A DNA stretch of 64,000 nt. Origin: a virus. The notes beneath the pieces were generated by a model. It worked only from the letters and a program-made list of their open reading frames with translations. It was not told the DNA's origin and did no database searches. Positions within the stretch are counted from its first letter, which is position 1. Each line of letters opens with the position of its first letter. Where the stretch lies: positions 1-64,000 of the IMG/VR virus record IMGVR_UViG_3300045974_000102. The stretch is one strand, 5' to 3'. The position numbers and the translations under genes were made by a program. Positions 40,301 to 48,500 of the stretch are shown in pieces.

Positions 40301-43300
40301 GTAGCTGAGATGCCTGCACCAGCACCAAATATAAGTCCTGACTTCCAGCTATCTTTAAACATTGCCATTACAGAGATATGACTGCGACCAAATCTTTCTA
40401 TGAAGCTTCCATATATCTGTCCGAAGTGTGCGACTTGTGGATTACTTCTTAATATCTTACTTATAATGTCTGCATAGTTATTGCCACTTATATTTTCTGC
40501 TCTTGATGATGGCGCAGAAATAAGTTCTCTTCCGTCACCATGAGCTTCTATCTCATAAATGTAAGTATCTTTGTTTCCACTTAACGATGTAATAGTGCCA
40601 ATAAATACTGTATCTAGCATTCTAGGATCTGTTGAATATCCAAGTCGAAGTGCTATTCTCATTCCAGTGCGCAAAGGAACTACAGATGCTCCATAAATAC
40701 CAGCTGAGCCGTCTGAGAAAATACGAGTGTCTTCTTCTGTGTCCTTGATATTCTGTGGTGAGTATGGGCTAGATCCTTCAAATACATTTCTAGATGTGAT
40801 CTGATTAGGTCTTATTTCTGTAGAAATATACTTAGGGTCTATAACAATCCTGCATCTTAATAAGTGAACAGGGTTGTTCTTATCTCTAATAACCATTAAG
40901 TCTTGGACGAGTCTAAAGTCATAATAGTCATCAAGTGAATAGTATTTATAATCAGAAGTATCTGATTTAATTACATAAAGCTTATATGTAGGGAATGCAT
41001 TCTCTAGGCCATCTGTAGGCATCATGCTTTTTAGGATGTTCTCAGCACTCTGATTAGCTGCTGACTTCATATCTGCATTAGTAACTTCACCACCAGTCCA
41101 TGGCTTATCATTACTCATACTATATGCGGCAGCTTGTTCAGTTAGGTTTGTTGTATCTTTTTTGTAGTAGTTATATATAGCCTTATCTACTGCATTAGTA
41201 GGCGTTGCAGAGGCATCAGATCCATAACCTGTAGAAGTAATCTGAGTTGCATCTATCATTGGTCTCCATGTGTTAGATTCAAACTCTGCTATGCTGCTCC
41301 CTTGGTAGCCTGGCATGCCATCTATCGTGTCTTTCCATAAGCCATTTAAATTACTTGGATCACTAGAGCCAGCTTTAGTAAATGTATTTATCCATACATC
41401 ACCTGATGGAGCCAGTGTGTCACTTGGAGAGAGCGTGAACTTAGTGCTATTGAAATCTCTAATCGGACCTTCGGCATTGAAAACATATTCTGAGACTGCA
41501 CCTATACTATCTGTGTAGCCCATAGAAGATAAATAGTATGCCGCTGGACATCTACTTAAAAGTCCAAGCTGTCCTTGGAGTTCCATTAGTGTTCCATATC
41601 TAGGCATTGGAGCGCCAAGCTTCGTGTTATCTTTTATAATTGGATGACAGTCAGATACTAGAGTTGAGCTTACAGGTCCTACTGTTCTGCCATCGGCTCT
41701 CTTAATAGCAATCCCTCTGCTATTTCCATCTGCTACATTTACAATATCGCCTTGCTCCTGCTTTTTATCATTATTATAAAGTCTGGCAGAGTAAGTAGAT
41801 GTAATAAATCCTTCTGCTTCTTTTCTAAGTGCATTCATCCTGCCATATGCACAGTCTGTAAGCATGCTTGTGCTAGTCAGACTTGTTGGTGGTCTATCTC
41901 TACCTTCTACTATAGATCTAGCCCATCCTGCCCATCCTATAGTTTTAGGATCCATCATAGCCTTGGTAAGTGATGATTCTTTTCTTTCATCGTCTCTAAC
42001 TACTTTGCCATCTTTGACATAATTAACATTCATATCTTTAAGTCTTGTTGGCATTGTGTTTGCTATAATAGGACTAAGTGGAGAGTCTTTATCTATAAGG
42101 TCTTTAAAGGTTGCACCTTCTTCGGCACTAAAGGATTCTCTTGCATAAACATTCTTCCATACTGTTGTGTTCATAGATGGAGAAACAAAGTCTACAACGT
42201 CTGTCTTAATTTTGTCAAGGAACTCATATAAGTTAGTTACTTTATAGTTAACATACCAATCGCCCATAGTGGCTGAGTCAAGCATAGATGCTGCTACAAA
42301 ATTATCAATCCATGGGAAATATCTATGGCCGCCCCATGGCTTAATTTTCATAAGTTCAGGTTCAAGGATTACTTCTCCTTCTGGAACTTCTTCTTCGGAT
42401 TGGTTTTCTACAGACTCGCCGTATGTTCCAGTGCCTTCAACTACGCCTCTTATTAGTAGAACATAAAGTGCTACCCAGCGCCTTACGCTGCTGTTAGTTG
42501 AGATGTCTCTTTCGCTCTTAATATCAACTTCTAGGATCCAGTTGCCGCTTACTCCATCTTCGCCTTCTGTTGCAAGATATTCTTTGCACTGGGTAGTCAT
42601 CTTACCATAATTACGCAAGATCGCGTGCTCTCTGTAGTCACCTTCGAAGTAAAAATATAGGGCTCTGCCATCATTTGCAAAAGCTTGTTTCTGGTTCCAT
42701 GTTTCTTCGAATGCATCTTTAAACAAAGCCATAAGTAATACTTTGGCATTCATTCTCTGTTCAGCAGTGGCGGTTTTATCAAGCATTGCTAACAGTTGGC
42801 CTTTAGTTATCGTGTTTAGGCCTGATGTTATATTCTTAGTAAAGTAACTTGATGAATATTCTGGTAGCTCAGCAAACTCCTCATCTGCAAAGCGAGACAT
42901 TTTATTTATTTGCCAATTCTCTAATGATTTAATTACGCCTACATTTGATTCTGGTAAAAGCAGTTTATCTTCATATATACCACCAGCTAAAGCTTCAGCA
43001 AAGGTTATGTTACCTCCACCCCACTCTGGATTTGTGCTTCTTATAAAGAACTTCCAATTATTAAATATCTTTGATTCGTTCCATCCGGCTTTACGACTTA
43101 CTACGTCAGTTACTAAAGCAAGGAGTTGGGCTATTTGCTTATATTTAGTTCTAGCTCTATTGTCTGTTACAGTGCTATAGAGCTGTGCTCTGCTATCTAT
43201 AAGGCCCATGATGCCAGTCTTTGGGTCGTCTGCTATAAGAAAGTAAGATGAAAGTATAGCCCTGGTAGCTTTCTTAAATACTGACAAGTCTGGTGGTATG

Positions 43301-45525
43301 CCATTGAATGAGTTCTTAGCCATCTTATCTAGAATATCATTCTCACCATCAGCTAATGAATTAGTCTTTTCTCTTTCAATAATTTTCCCAACTCTTGCCT
43401 TAACTGCTTCATCTGATTGGGCGATAGCTACTACTCTACTAAGCCCCCAATAGGAGTCTTGCTGAGCTGCTTTATTAATATAGCGAGCATTGTAAATATA
43501 AGACTCTTTTGTTAAAGAAAGATTTACATCACTTAAACCTGGGTGTCCATCAAGTGAGGTAATAATAGAACTCTGCAGTGTAAGAACTTCTGTCAAGCAT
43601 AGTTTGGTGACACCATTTGCTATTATGTATCTGCCATCATAAGTTCCATAGTTTGGACCTCTATCATATTCTGGTCTATAGGTCTTTAATACTTTACTAA
43701 TAGTTTCTGAGTTAGTTGTCTTGAAGTTAATATCTACGTTAGTTTCGCCTGGTCCAACATACTGAGCTGTTGGAATAGACATGCCAATGATAGGTATCCA
43801 TGCAAAGTTGTTTTGATATGTTACAGCAAGACTATGTGCTTCTTCTTCAATAGTCGAGTCTACAATTAAATTTAATCTTCTGGACATTTCTTCAGCTTGT
43901 CCATTGCTAGCTTCAACTGCCTGATGAAACTTCTCTCTATCTATTTTATGGATTAGTAGAGATGAGTCTTCTGCGAACCATACGCGGTCTGGGTCATTAA
44001 GAATTTCTTCAACGAATAAGTTGTATGGGTGTATCGCATCTTCTAGGACAAGTGTCTTAGGAATAGTTGCATCTTTTTCGTCTTTAATAGTTGTCTTTAG
44101 AGACAAGTCTTTTAACTGTGATATTGTTCTTGCATTCTTATCATACTTATAATATTCAAGTCTTTCAAATGTATCACCGTTGAAATATGAGTTATAATTA
44201 AATAGTGAGAACTGGAATGTTGCGCCTAGTGAGCCTGGGTGTCCATCTAATGTGTAGACAGTATAAGAGTCCATTGTAACAGGAATATAGTCTGTGCCAG
44301 CATATGGACTTAGTATTACATGTCCTTCTCCTATCAACTTTCCAACTAAGTCAACTGATCTAATAAGATTAAATGGACAGTATGTATACTGCACAATAAT
44401 TCTCTTTAGTTCATTGTTGATAGCCTCTTCTCCACTGAATATTACGTTCATCTTTATTGCAAGTCTATTCGTAGAGTTAGAAATTGGCTTAGACTCTCTG
44501 CCTAATATAGGGACGCTATATGTTGTGCGCATTTGAGCAATAGTCACGTGTGTAGGAGGAACCTTAAGCCACACGTCGCCTATCTTAATTATTTCAGTTT
44601 CACTATCACATTTAGATAAGATCTCTTGTCTTCTAAGATCATCCGTGCCATAGAGTTTATTAAAGTCTCTTCTGGCTGTATCTCTCATTGCAATAACAGA
44701 CTGATTCTGTGGAGTTGTAGGCAGAGCTGCTGCATTTGCTACATCTGGATTTAGCTTTAGGAATGCTGCAAATCTTTGATTTAGGTATTGTGGAGTAATA
44801 CTATTTACTGCATCTGCCCATGCTGGATCTTTTGATGGAAGCAATGGTATAGCTTTGCCTATATCAACAAGCATAACATTTAACTCTCCTCGTTGATCTG
44901 TAGCTATACCATAATCGTTTACGAATGGGAGACCTGTTATTGCTGTTTGATCTTCAAATGCTACCTGAGCAGGAGTTATGGCTCCAGTGCCAAGACTGTC
45001 AGTTCTTAGCTTCTGGATATCTAATACCATATTAGGATTTTTAAAACCTTCTTGTAAAGTTTCATGTAGAAGTATAGTGCCTTCTACAGCTTTACCAACT
45101 TCTGGAACAGCATTACCTTTTGCATCTACACCAGCAAGGTTGCTATTAGTGGTTATATGGGCAAGAGCAACTTGTTCGCTGCTGCCATCTGTATAAACAA
45201 GTTCAAGTTGAGTGGGTCCAGTTGCTTTAACAAAAGATACTATCTTGCCAGGCTCAACACCTTTTACTTGTTTGCTGTTAACCATTACAGTAGGATATGT
45301 ATTTATATCTCCAGAGCGATAAGCTTGATATGTTGGTGTGTCGACCTTATATGCAGCATGCTGAGCTATTGTTGCCATTGATGCTTTTAAATTTTGCGCA
45401 GTTGTCCCATTACCTGACCAAGCTGATGTTGAGAACTTCTTTTTATTTTCATCTAAAAGGTTGTAATTCCACACATTAGCTGCTACGGAACTTACACCAT
45501 CATACGAACTTTTTAAAATTGCCAT
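37300..45525 (-). CDS. Giant baseplate hub / tail lysin with C-terminal lytic transglycosylase
   Basis: Hub-like LRTGMRIALRLGY...VFIGTI and GTLIIRGNSKIEPYD; C-terminal IECESSFN...IGLMQL...RYNG (SLT motifs); internal hydrophobic segments. Confidence 0.75.
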   Translation of the reverse strand: MAILKSSYDGVSSVAANVWNYNLLDENKKKFSTSAWSGNGTTAQNLKASMATIAQHAAYKVDTPTYQAYRSGDINTYPTVMVNSKQVKGVEPGKIVSFVKATGPTQLELVYTDGSSEQVALAHITTNSNLAGVDAKGNAVPEVGKAVEGTILLHETLQEGFKNPNMVLDIQKLRTDSLGTGAITPAQVAFEDQTAITGLPFVNDYGIATDQRGELNVMLVDIGKAIPLLPSKDPAWADAVNSITPQYLNQRFAAFLKLNPDVANAAALPTTPQNQSVIAMRDTARRDFNKLYGTDDLRRQEILSKCDSETEIIKIGDVWLKVPPTHVTIAQMRTTYSVPILGRESKPISNSTNRLAIKMNVIFSGEEAINNELKRIIVQYTYCPFNLIRSVDLVGKLIGEGHVILSPYAGTDYIPVTMDSYTVYTLDGHPGSLGATFQFSLFNYNSYFNGDTFERLEYYKYDKNARTISQLKDLSLKTTIKDEKDATIPKTLVLEDAIHPYNLFVEEILNDPDRVWFAEDSSLLIHKIDREKFHQAVEASNGQAEEMSRRLNLIVDSTIEEEAHSLAVTYQNNFAWIPIIGMSIPTAQYVGPGETNVDINFKTTNSETISKVLKTYRPEYDRGPNYGTYDGRYIIANGVTKLCLTEVLTLQSSIITSLDGHPGLSDVNLSLTKESYIYNARYINKAAQQDSYWGLSRVVAIAQSDEAVKARVGKIIEREKTNSLADGENDILDKMAKNSFNGIPPDLSVFKKATRAILSSYFLIADDPKTGIMGLIDSRAQLYSTVTDNRARTKYKQIAQLLALVTDVVSRKAGWNESKIFNNWKFFIRSTNPEWGGGNITFAEALAGGIYEDKLLLPESNVGVIKSLENWQINKMSRFADEEFAELPEYSSSYFTKNITSGLNTITKGQLLAMLDKTATAEQRMNAKVLLMALFKDAFEETWNQKQAFANDGRALYFYFEGDYREHAILRNYGKMTTQCKEYLATEGEDGVSGNWILEVDIKSERDISTNSSVRRWVALYVLLIRGVVEGTGTYGESVENQSEEEVPEGEVILEPELMKIKPWGGHRYFPWIDNFVAASMLDSATMGDWYVNYKVTNLYEFLDKIKTDVVDFVSPSMNTTVWKNVYARESFSAEEGATFKDLIDKDSPLSPIIANTMPTRLKDMNVNYVKDGKVVRDDERKESSLTKAMMDPKTIGWAGWARSIVEGRDRPPTSLTSTSMLTDCAYGRMNALRKEAEGFITSTYSARLYNNDKKQEQGDIVNVADGNSRGIAIKRADGRTVGPVSSTLVSDCHPIIKDNTKLGAPMPRYGTLMELQGQLGLLSRCPAAYYLSSMGYTDSIGAVSEYVFNAEGPIRDFNSTKFTLSPSDTLAPSGDVWINTFTKAGSSDPSNLNGLWKDTIDGMPGYQGSSIAEFESNTWRPMIDATQITSTGYGSDASATPTNAVDKAIYNYYKKDTTNLTEQAAAYSMSNDKPWTGGEVTNADMKSAANQSAENILKSMMPTDGLENAFPTYKLYVIKSDTSDYKYYSLDDYYDFRLVQDLMVIRDKNNPVHLLRCRIVIDPKYISTEIRPNQITSRNVFEGSSPYSPQNIKDTEEDTRIFSDGSAGIYGASVVPLRTGMRIALRLGYSTDPRMLDTVFIGTITSLSGNKDTYIYEIEAHGDGRELISAPSSRAENISGNNYADIISKILRSNPQVAHFGQIYGSFIERFGRSHISVMAMFKDSWKSGLIFGAGAGISATAAFLGPKQLFRYMALTAAGASIATLYKPLTHVPDIWTEEVMHKWWGKQGEHGYLSVLAGRIREIGCSFAGALYNNEKASLEIGQHFYKIFQSGNNPIDDNIYAPDIWNKLWHGVNFNINNKTTIWDVLQNIKRLYPNYALDVRPYGNRSTLFLGPAEWNYFRTDDPIQAMAPSLTSMSLLSTDMYAEGIREAIKNLGPKLNRYGEFAEGTKFFNAVAPFIPFQKHHMVSSFKDIIHNGIKATPDRGWNHITVQYAKNQKDVEDSDKVTEFCIDADIDPTYLIKKFESINWTDNEDVANQYAIGRLKEGAERLYGGTLIIRGNSKIEPYDKIYIADKVNKMYGWVEVETVIHKFDSEMGYTTHIVPNLVCSVNHDSYLSTAQVFKRIMFEHIGTIGVGGVLQAIGGYALGSMGVWVLAALAFIAGGAFLISQVIGSDEAKNRKANPDTAAMERREYEYVPMLAKEAMGFNAMVSAGEFGYFFGGLMHWLRGADEFIMSERMYSAEQRVLSRNAARAKFRAREILTNVKGFATTLAEKWAAHSRKSLIDQIATILKKESAEILGMSEIEIAKALEEATFGAGAESTVARNLLKKKNLMSDLAKALTTKPVAAAVEAEAGATITAMAKRSFGERLALSPFGTIIHAAPMKAGIAYLLLTCIEMIPQLFESMAIKSITKNNAIIVHPIWYRNSLLMQGMEGYKNNDAFMFGKGIIADYKKTIDNTLRQIGDYTSVNWTGISKLENPNRNVVNPLPGAMADMSPSEFKKAYPGTPLSLADLQAVPPGKGIEYIKWKLEQMNKKNQDIATPEVLFSWVLGAFNKYKNTTPLLDPLMIATTIECESSFNAHAKSSDIGLMQLSAGQDGSHGKEWVDKIIREMAQDADWIKTKTPAFPRSWEDLSDNHVKYAKWVIFAGVKHIAERAIDAETRYMGEYKGTDPWAKREVIHKLSYWRYNGMQCRGFDADNNPIPKGESSKQLKHNYDVEKNYAEKRYAVIKWCKEKA

Positions 45526-45537
45526 TATAACCTCTTG

Positions 45538-48500
45538 TTAGGAGTATCTATACATATCTTCTTTATAAGGATTTGAACCATCTTGGCGGGTATGAACTGT
45601 ATTATATCCTCTGGAGGATACAATGTTTCCTATTGTTGACATCGCTTCTCTGCTGTCTGTTAATAAGTTCATGCTCGTATTATAATTTGCTTTGGTCTGT
45701 AAAGTTCTCTGTGAACCCATTTGAGAGCGTGGTGCTTGGAACGCTGGATTGTTTACTGATGGTAAATCATTTGGATCTTCAATAGCTCCATCGTCTGTTG
45801 CTAAATTCCACATAGCTAAGCCTGCTAGTGCTGCAGCACCTGCCCCTATCATTCTTGGTAGTGTGACATGATCCTCAATAAACTTCCAAGCCTTATCAAC
45901 TCCAGCGAATTTCCTTGACGGTGGCACATAAGATCTTCTGAGCGTCTCAGCTACAGTCATTTCAATATTAGCATCTATAAGTTTAGACCTGTGCATGTGA
46001 TCCATTATAATTTTAGGTATATCTTCTTTATTAGTTTTACCAGTTTCAACTCTCTTAGCTAGCGAGTTAAGCATGCCGCCTATACTGTCAGATGTTCCAG
46101 CCCCAGCTCCTTCGTCAATACCCTTAGAGAGCATGTTAAGGAAGCCACCATTGAAACCAAGTGCTTCTGCTTCGTCTTTGCTAAACTGTGATGCTATAGT
46201 TGGTGTATTTTTGATTGCTCTCTGATACTCTGCGAATGCATCTTCTACCTTAGTTGTGGCACCTGAATATCTGTGAGCTACACCATACTCGTCGAAATTA
46301 AGCTCTCTGATATTATATGTTAGGTCAGCTAAGTGATTAGAGGCATTCCACATTTCTGTGCCTCTAACTGCATTTTCTGCCATCCATGATGTTCCACTCT
46401 TTCTTGCTGCTATAGCTGCATGAGCTAAGATGGGGCTCATCTCACCGCCAGAGTTTCTAAGTAGATTTACATAGCCTTCATCTGTAATATTGCCCATAGC
46501 TTTAAGCACATTATCCATAGTAGCCTCGACTCCATTGGGGCCAAGGATAGACTGTATATGCTTTGAACTAATAATGCTCTGCTCCCAGAACTTAGGGACA
46601 AATGTATGAATGAATGTTCTATATTTTGAGAATGTGTCTTCAGCTATTCTGCCATCTACAAGTCCTTCAAGGCCACCTTTCATCTGGAATGTCTGCGCAG
46701 AGAATGCACCTGTTAGGCCTTTAGTAAGCCATGCTGCTATACCAGTATTAACCTCAAGATGGGAGGCAGATTCGAACATTGCCTCAACTTCTTTATCTCC
46801 CATTTTTGCAAATGATTGGAATCTCATATCTGGGAATAGAGTGCCAATTGCACTTCTGTTTCCTGCTGCGTTCATAAAGTTAAAGACAGTCTTCTGGTTA
46901 CCATTAATTTCAGCAAGTCTTTCTGCTTTAGCTTTGCTGCCAAACAGTGTGAGTAATTGTATTTTATCACCGTCATGGTCAGCGTTCATAAGTAGTCTTT
47001 GTGCATGACCTAGTGCTAAGCTCTTGCCTTGTATCGGATTCTTTTGATCCCAGTCTGGGAAGATATTAGCTAGTGCCATACTCTTGGCGTAGATAGCAGG
47101 GTAACGTGTGACCATGCCAGTTAAGCCTTCTTTATCAATTATATTCATTGCCTCTTTGGAATAAAATCCACCACCACCATCTAAAAATTTATTTATATAC
47201 CATTCTAATTCTTTACCTTTAGCAATTTTAGCTTCTGCCATCATACTGCCTACTGTATGTAGTGTATCATTTTGCCAAGCAAATAGACTCTCTCTTGATT
47301 CTATTCCCGCCACATCTAAGTTCTGCTCAAAGAAGTTTCCTTCACCAAACCAGTCTCTAAGAACATCTTTTACTTCTACATTATTGCTTTCAGCTGCAGA
47401 CATTGCTTCAGATAACATTTCATCTATTGAAGCCGCATATGTTTCTTTTGAAACTTTAGTTACATTACCTATTGCGTAATGTAGGTCTTGAGCTTCTTGC
47501 CAATAGGATGCCTTATCTTCTACCATCTTTTCAAGCTTAGTTAATGGTGATGACTTCTCTGATAAGAAGTTTACATCTGGAGTATTCATACTATAATAAG
47601 CCCCAGGGACGTGTAGTGATGCTTCACGTAGGATGCCGCCCTTAGTTGAATGTCCATGAATATCTACAGCATATGCTAAAGCCTCTAGTCCACTTTTGCT
47701 TAATTCTCCTTGTGGTGAGTTAACTACATCATTAAGTAGCTCATGCACTTTCCATGAGAAGTCGCTCAATGCTACCTTATCTTCTTCAGGCATATAGTAG
47801 CCGCCTTTGAAGTAGTCATTGCCTGGTATAAAGACTTGTCTGTCATGTGCCTGTAGTAAGAAGCCGTTTGGATTATTGTTTGAAGATAAGAATGAATCCA
47901 AGAAATGTAGTGGATCCTGAATGTTTCTTCTGGCTTTATCGCCATATCCATAAGGTCCCATTATTTTCTTTAGCTCTTCAACATCAACTAACTTGGCATC
48001 TGTAAACGCAGATACATCTTCACCTGCAATAGACATCTCCATTAGGCGCTGTTGCTCCATAAGCCTTGGTGTGTCTATTATACTTCTTAGAGACAGTTCT
48101 TCCATGACACCAGGAGTGTCTCTTAGATACTGCATATCTCTAAATCCTATACGCATTGTGTTACTGCCTATGCCTTGCGCAAGAGATTCAGTCTCTTGTG
48201 GCGAGAAGCCAGTCGCAAGCCAGAAGTTTGTATCTAGACCCTCTAGCGCATGGTAATCATGCCCAAATTTACGTTCATAATTTAAAAAGCCTCTCTGGCG
48301 CATCTTATTATAGTTACGAGGACCTAGTCTATTTGTGGCATATTCTAGTCCTTCGAAAACTAACCTTTCAGTATTCCTGTGCGCTAGTATCTTAGCCTTT
48401 CCAGTTGTATTAAGCGCATTTAAGTCTTCAACAACTTTTTCTCCCATATAACCTAGGTCATCAAGTGACCCTATTGATGTATCCATTCCAGCATGCCTTT

